DNA of 64,000 nt, taken from Candidatus Berkelbacteria bacterium (lineage in GTDB: Bacteria; Patescibacteriota; UBA1384; DTJR01). How positions within the stretch are numbered: position 1 is the first letter of the stretch; each line of letters opens with the position of its first letter. The notes below the pieces were generated by a model. That model was not told the origin of the DNA and searched no databases. It saw nothing but the letters and a program-made list of their open reading frames with translations. Positions 1 through 9,297 of the stretch are shown here, piece by piece. The stretch spans positions 19,840 to 83,839 of the forward strand of contig JAOUGE010000001.1 in NCBI GenBank assembly GCA_029865605.1, written 5' to 3'. Made by a program: the position numbers and the translations under genes.

Positions 1-11
1 AAGCGGAAATC

Positions 12-413
12 GTGACGGTGAACGGTCTGAAGGACATGACCGACGCCGTCAACGCCGCCAACAGGAAGGCAACGCGGGTCTTCTGGGTGGCTATCGGCGC
101 AGGCGCGGTTGCCCTGATCGCGCTTTTCCTGGCGATCTGGGCACTTCTCCACTCGCGCGGCACCCGCCGCGGAGTGGTGCGGGTGGCGGCCGGGCGCTAC
201 GCCCCGCCGGCAGAGGGGGAGCCGGAAGCGCCGATCGAGGGCGTAGAGGAGGACTGGCTGTTTAGCGGCCTCCCGCGTGCCCACGACGAGCCGGAACCCG
301 CCGAGGACGAGGGCGCGCCGCCCGCCGTGGCGGAGCCGGTTTTCGAGGATCCGGATTTCGTGGCTCCCCCGCCCCCGCCGGCTGAGCCGCCCGCCGACCC
401 TGACGCAGTTTGA
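12..413 (+). CDS. hypothetical membrane protein, C-terminal part; the frame is open to the window edge. One TM helix followed by a Pro/Glu-rich acidic tail
   Basis: ORF track. No stop between position 3 and the GTG at 12. Hydrophobic segment FWVAIGAGAVALIALFLAIWALL. About 65% GC, unlike the DNA after ~470. Confidence 0.35.
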   Translation: MTVNGLKDMTDAVNAANRKATRVFWVAIGAGAVALIALFLAIWALLHSRGTRRGVVRVAAGRYAPPAEGEPEAPIEGVEEDWLFSGLPRAHDEPEPAEDEGAPPAVAEPVFEDPDFVAPPPPPAEPPADPDAV

Positions 414-502
414 TGATGAACTCCGGCCCTGACTCCGCCAACCCGCTTCGACTCGAATCGAGGCGAGCTAGCGGATGTCGGGGCCTTGACCCCAAGATCA
501 AG

Positions 503-539
503 GGGGACAGCAACGTTGCTGTCCCCCTTTTGCGTTTTA
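503..539 (+). terminator. rho-independent terminator-like hairpin (gggggacagcaacgttgctgtccccc) followed by a T-rich tract
   Basis: Perfect 10-bp GC-rich stem plus ttttgcgtttt. It lies 90 nt after the stop at 411-413 and coincides with a sharp GC drop. Confidence 0.55.
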
Positions 540-636
540 TGATATTTGATGGAATAATTAAAGGCAAACGACTTGATTAGCAAGCTTTGTTTTGAGTAAG
601 TTAAGTATTTAGTTTTAGAAATGTAAGGGGGAAAAA

Positions 637-3210
637 TTGAGCACCGAAGGAGAACAAGGGCGAACTCAAGAGGAGCCTGAATCACAGGCTGTGCCTGATG
701 CTTTAAGTCCCGATAAAGCAGGAACAGGCTGGGATCTTGAGCCTGGGGCTGCCGAGCCTCTTCCTCTAGAGCCATCGCCCCGGTCAGAATCTGCCGAACC
801 CCCCGAGCCAGCTCCGCCGCCAGTACCCCCATCATCTGAAGAAGATGAGGATATAGATATCCCGGCATTTTTGCGCAGACCTGCTGAATCACCGGCCGCC
901 CTCCCCGAGTCCGACGAGGCCGTTCAGCCGTCTTTGTCATCTACCGGTCCTCCCACCCCACCGGCACTACCCAGTCCGCCGTCAAGGGAGCTAACACCAG
1001 ATGAAGCGGGGGAGCTAGATGAAATAATTGCTCGGGAGCTTGAAAGGGTGGAAAAAGATTTCGGCCGCGATTTGACGGTTGCGGAAGTGGAGGTAATTGT
1101 TGCCAATGTTATTAGATCCAAGCCCGAGTTCGGCCAGGCGCTTTCCGCCGTTGACCAGACGACGGCAGATATTTATTCCCATTATGAGAGGATTACCAAA
1201 TCAACAAAACTGAAAAGATTTTTAAGGGGTGTCGCTTCATTTTTTGGCTATACGGCGGTTGGCGCCGCGGCGGGAATGGCGGTGCGCACCGGGGTAAGGG
1301 CAGCGATTGCCCACGCCTTTCATCTTTCGGCAACGGCTTTTAACCCGGGAGGAATGGCAGCAGGAGGGCTAGTCGGTGCGGCAATCGGTGGGTTCAGAGG
1401 AGCGCAGGCCGAGAAGAGGCGACTCCACGGCGCGGCAGCGGCGCTTAACGAGTTTAAACGGATTAAACAAGAAACTGGCCGGGACCATGCTTTGAGCTTT
1501 TTGGCTAGTGTTCTCCAGGGAGGAAGGTTTCAAGGTACCCACGAGGAACTTCTGGGGATGATCGGGGTTTTGAGAAGAGAATCGCTTTGGGGGGCAAGTG
1601 AGGCAGGCCAGCTTTGTGAGGTGCAAGATACGGTTAGAGTGGACGGGCAAGAAATGGTAGTTGACGATGCCTTGGTCGCCGGTTACCTCCAAGGGCTGGG
1701 TCCTGCCGGCGAGACGCTTTATCAGAGCTACCGCAGTAGCCCCGAAGCGAAGGCGTCGATTCGGAGAGCAATCAAGAGAGGAGCGATCAGGGGTGCGGTA
1801 ATTGGTGTCGGAGCGGGACTGGTAAGCGATTTGGTGGGTTGGTGGCTGGCAAATGTCAGGGCCGAGCAAGCCCAGGCGGCAATTGATGCGGCGGCAGCCA
1901 AGAAGCAGGCGGCTCTCCAGGGCGGCTCTGAGGAGTATTTAAAGGCTCATCATGCCGGAGAATCTTATGAATATGTTAACCGGATGGCAACCCCTACTGC
2001 TCAAGAAGCGATTTTACCGGCCGATGTCGGGCCGGACTGGCTGACAAGCCACGGCTTGTCAGCGGAACCGACTGATTTTGGCAATGCCCTAAAGCACGCT
2101 ATTTATTCAAATAACATTCAGCCGCCAGAAGGGGTAACACCGGAGCAGTTTCAGGGTTTTTTGCAGCTTTTAAACTATGTTAAGCCGGAAGTCGCCGAAC
2201 ATATGAATATTCCGCTTGAGGACGTTTCCCGCGGAGTTGAAGGGGGCGTTTATCATTTTGACCGAAGCTCGCTTGGGGCGCTGGTTGATTCGGTTTTTAA
2301 ATCCGGCGGGCAATTGGAACAGTTGAACTACGAGACGATTGCTGATGCTGACAAATTGTTAACAAATGTTTTTCCTCAAATGTTGGAACAGGGCGCCAGA
2401 CAGGCTGGCGAGGAAGCGGTTCGCCAAGCCGGTGCGGAGCAAGCGGTTCAGGCGGCTGGAGCTGCGGCCAAAACCGCCGGTGTGGAAGGCCTAAAAGAAG
2501 GAGCTCTGCACGCGGCCGGGATTGGAACCGGTGCCGCTTTGGGGGGCGCATGGGCGGCGCGCCGCGACCGTGAAGAAGGTGTTGCGGCAATTGAAGAAGC
2601 AGAGCAGGCTACCGGAGTCGCTGCGCGTAGTTCAGACGAAACCCAGCCGGAAGCTGAAACTGGTGGCTCTGGAACGGGTGAGGCTCCAGGCGAGGGCCAA
2701 CCGCCGGCGGAAGCGGCTGGTCCGACCCAGAGTGAAGAAGGCGCTGAAGCGGCTGGAGGGGAAGGGCCAACCGCACCAGAGCCAGCTCAAGAGCCAGGTG
2801 CCCCAGCGGAGCGCCCGGAGCAGCCACAGGTACAGCTTTCACCAGAAGATCAGGCCAGATTAGATGAACTTTGGACTGAGGCCGAAGAGGCGGAGAGAGA
2901 GTTTAGGGTTGTGTATGGGGGCAAAGAGGTACTGGATGCGAGGAGCGCGGTTGATTTAGTCAAAGAGGCAGAGCGTAAAGCGAAAGAGACGGGGGGAGAT
3001 AGATGGGAAGAGGAGTTCCAAGTCGTACTGGCCCAAAAGATTTTTGAGGAGAGAGTGCAAAAAAGTATCGGACCTCTTGAGGGTGAGGAGAGCGCCTCGA
3101 CTGATCGCGTCCTGGCGGAAGATTTAATTTTACTTTGGAACCGCGACAAAGATAAGATAAATAAGATAAGAGGAGAAATTTCTAAAATAACAAAAGGCAC
3201 TTTGCTTTGA
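637..3210 (+). CDS. large hypothetical protein (857 aa). Acidic Pro/Ala/Glu-rich low-complexity N- and C-terminal regions; central Gly/Ala-rich hydrophobic segments
   Basis: Long ORF with a TTG start preceded by an aagggggaaaaa RBS. Compositionally biased translation with glycine-zipper-like AxxxG/GxxxA runs. No recognisable catalytic motif. Confidence 0.5.
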   Translation: MSTEGEQGRTQEEPESQAVPDALSPDKAGTGWDLEPGAAEPLPLEPSPRSESAEPPEPAPPPVPPSSEEDEDIDIPAFLRRPAESPAALPESDEAVQPSLSSTGPPTPPALPSPPSRELTPDEAGELDEIIARELERVEKDFGRDLTVAEVEVIVANVIRSKPEFGQALSAVDQTTADIYSHYERITKSTKLKRFLRGVASFFGYTAVGAAAGMAVRTGVRAAIAHAFHLSATAFNPGGMAAGGLVGAAIGGFRGAQAEKRRLHGAAAALNEFKRIKQETGRDHALSFLASVLQGGRFQGTHEELLGMIGVLRRESLWGASEAGQLCEVQDTVRVDGQEMVVDDALVAGYLQGLGPAGETLYQSYRSSPEAKASIRRAIKRGAIRGAVIGVGAGLVSDLVGWWLANVRAEQAQAAIDAAAAKKQAALQGGSEEYLKAHHAGESYEYVNRMATPTAQEAILPADVGPDWLTSHGLSAEPTDFGNALKHAIYSNNIQPPEGVTPEQFQGFLQLLNYVKPEVAEHMNIPLEDVSRGVEGGVYHFDRSSLGALVDSVFKSGGQLEQLNYETIADADKLLTNVFPQMLEQGARQAGEEAVRQAGAEQAVQAAGAAAKTAGVEGLKEGALHAAGIGTGAALGGAWAARRDREEGVAAIEEAEQATGVAARSSDETQPEAETGGSGTGEAPGEGQPPAEAAGPTQSEEGAEAAGGEGPTAPEPAQEPGAPAERPEQPQVQLSPEDQARLDELWTEAEEAEREFRVVYGGKEVLDARSAVDLVKEAERKAKETGGDRWEEEFQVVLAQKIFEERVQKSIGPLEGEESASTDRVLAEDLILLWNRDKDKINKIRGEISKITKGTLL

Positions 3211-3225
3211 GCGAAAGGAGACAAG

Positions 3226-4023
3226 ATGGCTATCGGTGAATTGGAGAAAAGGATAATTGATGAACTTGGGCTAGGCAGCCTCGGGCCGCAGGAGCAGGAA
3301 GCGGCCTTGAAAATGGTTGATGAACGGCTTGAGAAAAGGTTCGTCGCCAATCTGCTCTTCGACCTGCCAGAGGATAAGAAGCGGGAACTTGAGCAAAAAG
3401 TTGAAGTGATGGAAAATCCCACCCCAGAGAGTGTTTTTGATGCTGCGATTGGCCTTCATCCCAACGCCCAAGGGGTACTTGAAAAGTCAGCTAAAGACAT
3501 AATAGATGAGATGAAAGCTTCGATGAGCAAAACCGCTCCGGCGCCGGAGGCGCCAAAGAACGAAGCTGAAACTTCTGGACAAGAACCTGGTACTTCGTCT
3601 ACCCAGCCCCAGATGTCGCCCACCGCTCAGTCGGGAGAAGGCCAAACCCAGAGCGACGGGGAGAGTTTTCCGCCAACGCCACCAACACCCACGCCGCCTT
3701 CGCCGCCAGCCGAGCCAGAGCCTGCTAAACCAAAGGATGAAACACCGCCGGTTAGTCCGCCAGAAGATGAAGGCCCTAAAGTTGGCACCCAAAGCAGTTT
3801 CGGCGCGGGCGGCTTAGCCGAGACACCGGATTACTATCAACCGGCCAGTCAAGAAATTATGCCACAGAAAGATACCAATTCTTCTGGTGATAAAGCGCCC
3901 TCTGGTGCTGCGCCAGCACCTGAAGCCCCCGAACAGCCAAGCGACGCTGCTCCCACCGCTCCCTTTAATCCTCCTCCTGCCGAAGACCCCAATGCACCCT
4001 CTACCGGAGGAGCAGCCCTCTAG
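3226..4023 (+). CDS. hypothetical acidic proline-rich protein (265 aa)
   Basis: ORF 11 nt after the previous stop with RBS aaaggaga. Structured N-terminal ~100 aa, then a PTPPSPP low-complexity tail. Confidence 0.45.
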   Translation: MAIGELEKRIIDELGLGSLGPQEQEAALKMVDERLEKRFVANLLFDLPEDKKRELEQKVEVMENPTPESVFDAAIGLHPNAQGVLEKSAKDIIDEMKASMSKTAPAPEAPKNEAETSGQEPGTSSTQPQMSPTAQSGEGQTQSDGESFPPTPPTPTPPSPPAEPEPAKPKDETPPVSPPEDEGPKVGTQSSFGAGGLAETPDYYQPASQEIMPQKDTNSSGDKAPSGAAPAPEAPEQPSDAAPTAPFNPPPAEDPNAPSTGGAAL

Positions 4024-4228
4024 ATTTTGCTGGGCGAGAAGCGCTCGGATAGTGCCGAAAGCGTATTTTTGCTATAATTAATTCAGACAGGAGGTGGCGT
4101 ACTGAGAGATTCGGAAGGAGCCAGAATGTTGTTTGGTTTGGCGCGATATGCGTCGAGCTTTAGGGTACAGATAAAGTTAAAAGCTCTGCCTGCCGGCGGG
4201 CAGGGTAAAAAATAAGAGCGAAAAGGGC

Positions 4229-4894
4229 ATGCAATATAAAGTACCACAGAACATAGACCTCGAAGACAAGATTGTCGGGCCGTTTACGATGAAGCAGTTT
4301 ATTTATGTCATCGTCGCCGGCGGGATTATTTACGCTTGGTGGAGTTATTTGAGCAATAATTACGTGGATTTTATGCCTGCTTTTCTGATTTTCGCCGTGC
4401 CGGTTGGTTTCTTGGGCTTTTGCCTGGCTTTAGTAAAGGTAAACGAACGGCCGTTTGAGTTTTTTCTTTTAAATTTATTGCGTTTTATTTTTTCGCCCAA
4501 GCGGCGGGTTTGGCAGGAAGGTTATAAAACGGAAGATGTAATCGTTGTAGACAAAACGGAGGCAGCTCAGCCAAGAGAGACTTCTCGAGACACAAGAAGT
4601 CTCGACGATCTTTCTGTAAGTCTAGAAAAACAGGCAGGAATTTTAAGGCAGCAGGAATTGACTCAAAAACCGGCGGCTGAAAAGCCCGGCTTTCTCGCTG
4701 GCGTCTTCGGTAAAAAGGGCGAGAAGAGCGAATCAACTCTAAATCTCTCGGTCAAGGATGTCAAAGAGGCGGCTCAAAAACAAAGCCAAGCCCAAACGGC
4801 ACCAAAAGTCGAAAAAACGCCGCCAGCAGCAGTTGGCCAGAGTGCTGCCCCCAAGCGAAAGTCAGGTGGCTTATTTGGATTTATGAAAAAATAG
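4229..4894 (+). CDS. PrgI/VirB3-like small membrane protein of Gram-positive-type T4SS, with an extended Lys/Ala-rich C-terminal tail
   Basis: N-terminus MQYKVPQNIDLEDKIVGPFTMKQFIYVIVAGGIIYAWW followed by a second TM helix. This pattern is typical of the PrgI family. It sits immediately upstream of a VirB4-family ATPase. Confidence 0.55.
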   Translation: MQYKVPQNIDLEDKIVGPFTMKQFIYVIVAGGIIYAWWSYLSNNYVDFMPAFLIFAVPVGFLGFCLALVKVNERPFEFFLLNLLRFIFSPKRRVWQEGYKTEDVIVVDKTEAAQPRETSRDTRSLDDLSVSLEKQAGILRQQELTQKPAAEKPGFLAGVFGKKGEKSESTLNLSVKDVKEAAQKQSQAQTAPKVEKTPPAAVGQSAAPKRKSGGLFGFMKK

Positions 4895-4909
4895 ACTTTA
4901 ATTTAAACT

Positions 4910-5641
4910 ATGCCTAAACCTAAAAATCCCACCCAACAGCACCTGCCCTTTTCCGCTATTTATGATGATGTCGTGGTGACAAAGCGCGGTCAGTTTTGTC
5001 AGGTGGTAATGGTTAACTCGGTTAACTTTGGTTTAAAAAGCGAGGAAGAGCAAAATGCAATCATTGCTCAATATCAGGGCTTTTTGAATTCTCTTTCCTT
5101 CTCGGTTGAGATTATTGTTCATTCCAAAAGGCTTGATTTGACCAATTATGTTAAGGACCTTGAGGGCAGAATTGCCCAAGAGCCAAACGAGCTTATCCGT
5201 TATCAAATCCAAGAATATGTTGATTTTATCCAAAAGCTGATCTCGGTTGCCAATATAATGGACAAGAAGTTTTTTATTGTTGTGCCCCATCTTTTGAACC
5301 CTGGCGAGCTCTCGCGCGGCGGGTTTTTCTCGTCTGTTTTCGGCTCATCTCACGTTCATCTCCAAGTTCCTCTCAAAAGATTCAAGGCGGTTAAAGATGC
5401 CTTAGGTGAAAAAACAAATACTGTTGTTTCGTCTTTAGCCTCGATGGGCATTTCCGCTCAAGTCCTTTCTACCAAACAGCTGATAGAACTGTTTTACCGC
5501 ACTTATAATCCGTCTGAGGCGATGCAGGCGAAAATGCAAGGCGAGGTGGAGGCAATCGGCGTTCAGGCGGAAAAACCAAAACAGGAGCTGCAGGCCGCCG
5601 AGCCGAAAACAACCAATGTTTCGATAAAACAAAATAAATAA
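4910..5641 (+). CDS. T4SS-associated protein resembling the N-terminal domain of VirB4/TrbE (possible split VirB4)
   Basis: LPFSAIYDDVVVTKRGQFCQVVMVNSVNFGLKSEEEQNAIIAQYQGFLNSL resembles the CagE/TrbE/VirB4 N-terminal region. Stop at 5639-5641, then 29 nt to the VirB4 ATPase ORF. Confidence 0.4.
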   Translation: MPKPKNPTQQHLPFSAIYDDVVVTKRGQFCQVVMVNSVNFGLKSEEEQNAIIAQYQGFLNSLSFSVEIIVHSKRLDLTNYVKDLEGRIAQEPNELIRYQIQEYVDFIQKLISVANIMDKKFFIVVPHLLNPGELSRGGFFSSVFGSSHVHLQVPLKRFKAVKDALGEKTNTVVSSLASMGISAQVLSTKQLIELFYRTYNPSEAMQAKMQGEVEAIGVQAEKPKQELQAAEPKTTNVSIKQNK

Positions 5642-5670
5642 TTTTTAGTTTTACATTTTAAATTTTAACT

Positions 5671-7788
5671 TTGACCGAAGGGAATATGCCTATTTTCCAA
5701 AACATCCAAAACAGAAAAGTGATCAAGCGCGCCGAGCAGGAGATTGAAAAATCGTCGGCGAATATGTTGGATTTCATCGCCCCGGCCAGCTTTCAGGTTA
5801 CCCCCAATAATCTGCAAATTAACGATCTTTTTGTTAAAACCCTCTTCGTTTATTCTTACCCCTCTTTTCTTAATTCAAACTGGCTTTCCCCAGTCATTAA
5901 CTATGATATTACAATGGATGTTGCTCTTCACATCGCCCCGCTTGAATCAAATCTTTTTCTGGAAAGGATGAGAAAGCAAGCGGGCAGACTCGAGTCGAGC
6001 CGTCAGATTGAACAGGAAAAAGGGTTGGTCAGAAATCCCCAGCTTGATCGGGCCATTGCCGATATTGACCAGCTTCGCGAGGATTTGGTTTCGGGACAAC
6101 AAAGGATATTTAGAGCCGCCCTCTATTTCACCCTTTATGCCAAAACCTTGCAGGAATTAAACGAGACTGCCGACCAGTTGACTTCGATGCTTGGCGGGCT
6201 TTTGGTTTATACCAAACAAAGCATATTTCAGATGGAGCAAGGCTTTCACACTAGTCTGCCTCTAGCTGAGGACGAGCTTTTGATTGCCAAGAACCTGGAC
6301 ACCAACTCGCTATCGACTACCTTTCCTTTCGTCTCGGCCGAGCTGACCTCGAGTAAAGGGGTTTTGTATGGCATCAACAGGCATAATAATTCGTTGATTA
6401 TTTTTGACCGCTTTAATCTCGAGAACGCTAATCAGGTAGTCTTTGCCAAATCCGGCGCCGGCAAGTCCTATGCCGTCAAGCTCGAGGCATTGCGCTCGCT
6501 TATGTTTGGCACCGATGTTTTGGTGGTTGATCCCGAAAACGAATATCAAGCCCTTTGCGAGTCAGTCGGGGGAAGCTTTCTTGACTTTTCTTTGAATTCG
6601 GAGAAGAGAGTTAACCCCTTTGATTTACCCAAAGCGATGGAGGGAGAAGATGGAGCTTCTGTCTTACGCTCGGCCGTAACCGACATCAAGGGTCTTTTGG
6701 CCTTGATGGTTGGAGGCGTTACGCCCGAGGAAGACGCGATTTTAGATAAAGCCGTCTATGATACCTATGCTTTGCGCGATATCACCGAAAATGCCGCTAC
6801 GCATACTAATACGCCGCCGCTTTTGACTGATCTGCAGGGAGTTTTGCAAAATACGACTGGGGCAGAAAGTTTGACAAGAAGACTTGCTAAATATACCGAG
6901 GGGACTTTTGCCGGTCTTTTTAACCAGCCGACTAATTTTGAGCTTGACCGCGGCTTCGTTGTTTTCTCAATCAGAAATCTGGAAGAGGCTTTGAGGCCTT
7001 TGGGGATGTATATGATCTTAAACTATATTTGGTCGCAGATTCGCCACAATATGAGAAAAAGGCTCTTGATTGTTGACGAGGCCTGGATTTTGATGCAGTA
7101 CCCGGATTCGGCTAGATATCTTTATTCATTGGCTAAGAGGGCCCGCAAGTATTTCTTGGGGCTAACCATTATTTCCCAGGATGTTGAGGACTTTTTAAAC
7201 AGCGAGCAGGGCCGGGCGGTTTTGAATAACTCCTCGATGCAGATTCTGCTTAAGCAGTCCCCGACAGCGGTTGAAAAGCTGGCCGAAGTTTTTCATCTGA
7301 CTGAAGGCGAAAAATTTTTGCTCTTGGAATCTGATGTCGGCGAGGGGCTGTTTTTCGCCGGCTCATCGCATGTGGCAATAAAGATTGTTGCTTCTTACGC
7401 CGAAGATCAGATAATTACGACTGACCCGCGTCAACTTTTGGCTCAAAAAGAAGCTAAGGAAAAAGAGGAGGCGATGGAGGGGCCGGAAATAAGCTCTGAC
7501 GCCATACTTGAACAAGCCCCGCCCCGAGCGGTTCCAGCCGCTCCTGCACCGGCGGCCCAGGCGATTGCGCCCCCGAAACCGGTGGCGCCAACTAGGCAAA
7601 CTGCGCCAGCAGCTCCGACCGCACCGCCCGTTCAAACCTCTAAAGCCGCTCCCCCTACCGCGGTCCCGCCGGCGCCCAAAGCCTCACCGGCTCCCCAAGC
7701 TAAGGTTACCGGCGCTCAGAATACTGCCCCTGCTCAAGGCGCAGGGGTAAGGATTCCGGTTCAGAATAAGACCGCCCTGAGAACTTAG
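5671..7788 (+). CDS. VirB4-family conjugative-transfer ATPase (TraE/PrgJ/TcpF-like), 705 aa, with a Pro/Ala-rich C-terminal tail
   Basis: Walker A FAKSGAGKSYAVK, Walker B-like LLIVDEAW, TISQDVEDF and general VirB4 architecture. Confidence 0.8.
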   Translation: MTEGNMPIFQNIQNRKVIKRAEQEIEKSSANMLDFIAPASFQVTPNNLQINDLFVKTLFVYSYPSFLNSNWLSPVINYDITMDVALHIAPLESNLFLERMRKQAGRLESSRQIEQEKGLVRNPQLDRAIADIDQLREDLVSGQQRIFRAALYFTLYAKTLQELNETADQLTSMLGGLLVYTKQSIFQMEQGFHTSLPLAEDELLIAKNLDTNSLSTTFPFVSAELTSSKGVLYGINRHNNSLIIFDRFNLENANQVVFAKSGAGKSYAVKLEALRSLMFGTDVLVVDPENEYQALCESVGGSFLDFSLNSEKRVNPFDLPKAMEGEDGASVLRSAVTDIKGLLALMVGGVTPEEDAILDKAVYDTYALRDITENAATHTNTPPLLTDLQGVLQNTTGAESLTRRLAKYTEGTFAGLFNQPTNFELDRGFVVFSIRNLEEALRPLGMYMILNYIWSQIRHNMRKRLLIVDEAWILMQYPDSARYLYSLAKRARKYFLGLTIISQDVEDFLNSEQGRAVLNNSSMQILLKQSPTAVEKLAEVFHLTEGEKFLLLESDVGEGLFFAGSSHVAIKIVASYAEDQIITTDPRQLLAQKEAKEKEEAMEGPEISSDAILEQAPPRAVPAAPAPAAQAIAPPKPVAPTRQTAPAAPTAPPVQTSKAAPPTAVPPAPKASPAPQAKVTGAQNTAPAQGAGVRIPVQNKTALRT

Positions 7789-7798
7789 ATAAAACCAG

Positions 7799-9280
7799 AT
7801 GGAAGAGACCAAGAAGAATAATGCTCAAGATTTGACTCCGGTTGGCGAGATTAAAACCGGTGCTAAAATTCCTGTTGAATCGAAGCCGCAAGCTCCTTCT
7901 GCAGCGGCTCCGCCGGCGGCAAATGCCACCGGCGCCAAAGCGAGAATCGGCTCTTCTCAGATGCCGCCTGCGCCGGCAAAGGTGACGCCCACGGTTTTAG
8001 GCAGACCAGCTCCCCAAGGCCCGCCTGCTCAAGTCCCACCGCCTCCGCCCGGAGGAAAGGCGGTAATCGGCCGCCCCGGGACCGGGCCGAAGATATTTAA
8101 AATAATTGGTATCGTGGCACTGATTTTAGCCGCTGCCGCTGCCGTTTTCTTTTTCTTCTTTTATCGGGCGGTAGTTGACATTAATCCCACCCCCGCTCCC
8201 GACAAAATCCTTTTGGACGGCAAGGAAATAAAGGCAGGGATATATCGGCTCTGGCCGGGCAAGCACAAGATATCAATAGAAAAGCAAGGCTATGTTTCAT
8301 ATGAGCTTGAGAAAGATTTTTCAATTGCCGAAAAGCAAGAATTGAATTTTAAGCTCGAGGGCGAAAAGGAAACATCTCTGATTGCTTCCGGCGCGAAAAA
8401 AATCAGATCAACCAAGGATGAAAAGATATTTTATTTTCTAAGCTCCGAGGGGAGAATTTCTGCCTTTATCAAAACGGCTCCGGACAAAGCGATTATTGAA
8501 GAGCGCTCCAACGCTTCTTATCAGGGAGTCAAAGAGTATCTCGTGTCGGATAACGGAAACTTCGCCTTGATTTTGGACGCTCAGGCCCTGCGGGTTTTAG
8601 ACTTTACCAGGGTTGATTTTGTTAACCAGGTCGAAGCGGTTTTGCCGCCTCTGGCAACATCTGTCGGTTCAATTTCCTGGAATTCGGGCAGCTCAAGATA
8701 TTTTACTGAAGCAAACTCACGAATTGTTTATGATCTCAAGACAACCAGCGGTTGGGATTTAATTACCGCTGATATACGCCACTCTAAGGCTAATATCGTC
8801 ATGCAGTTTAAGGAGGGTGATTTCAGCTCTCTAAACTTAGATTGGTCGGAAAGCCAGAAAAATATTTTGCTGGTTGGGGGGCGTCTTTGTGTTTTGGACA
8901 TCGTTACTCGCCCCGAATGTTCAAAGCCGTCTGATAAGACCGATTTTATCTGGGGTAAATGGGGCCCCGCGGGTAAGTACGCCATCTTGGTTGATAAAAA
9001 TCAAAACGCTTACGCTCTTAAAGGAGATAAAGTCGAGGACCTGAAAGTCAAAACAGCTGCTAATCTCGCTTTTTGGGAAAGTGAAAGCAAGGTGATTTTG
9101 TTAAGTTCGTCTAAGCCGGTCAGGATCGATTTTGACACGGGTGAGGTGATCAACTATGCTGAAATAAAGGGTACCAAAGGTGCCAATTCTTTTGCGGTAT
9201 TGGACGGCAAGGCTTATTTTACTGATAATGAAGGATTAAAAGAAGCAATCCTGGTTAGTTCGGGAGAAGTTTATCAATAA
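7799..9280 (+). CDS. single-pass membrane protein (Pro-rich N-terminus, TM helix, beta-rich extracytoplasmic domain); possible VirB8/TcpC-like T4SS component
   Basis: TM segment IIGIVALILAAAAAVFFFFFY. Position directly after VirB4 matches PrgL/TcpC placement in Gram-positive T4SS. No diagnostic motif. Confidence 0.35.
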   Translation: MEETKKNNAQDLTPVGEIKTGAKIPVESKPQAPSAAAPPAANATGAKARIGSSQMPPAPAKVTPTVLGRPAPQGPPAQVPPPPPGGKAVIGRPGTGPKIFKIIGIVALILAAAAAVFFFFFYRAVVDINPTPAPDKILLDGKEIKAGIYRLWPGKHKISIEKQGYVSYELEKDFSIAEKQELNFKLEGEKETSLIASGAKKIRSTKDEKIFYFLSSEGRISAFIKTAPDKAIIEERSNASYQGVKEYLVSDNGNFALILDAQALRVLDFTRVDFVNQVEAVLPPLATSVGSISWNSGSSRYFTEANSRIVYDLKTTSGWDLITADIRHSKANIVMQFKEGDFSSLNLDWSESQKNILLVGGRLCVLDIVTRPECSKPSDKTDFIWGKWGPAGKYAILVDKNQNAYALKGDKVEDLKVKTAANLAFWESESKVILLSSSKPVRIDFDTGEVINYAEIKGTKGANSFAVLDGKAYFTDNEGLKEAILVSSGEVYQ

Positions 9281-9297
9281 TAGATCAACGGAGGGGA

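Noticed and set aside
197-940. 247-aa minus-strand ORF (and the nested 262-567 ORF) overlapping the 3' end of gene 12-413 and the start of 637-3210
   Set aside because: Gly/Ser/Ala/Arg-rich translation typical of antisense frames in high-GC DNA. It overlaps two better-supported plus-strand genes and a terminator.
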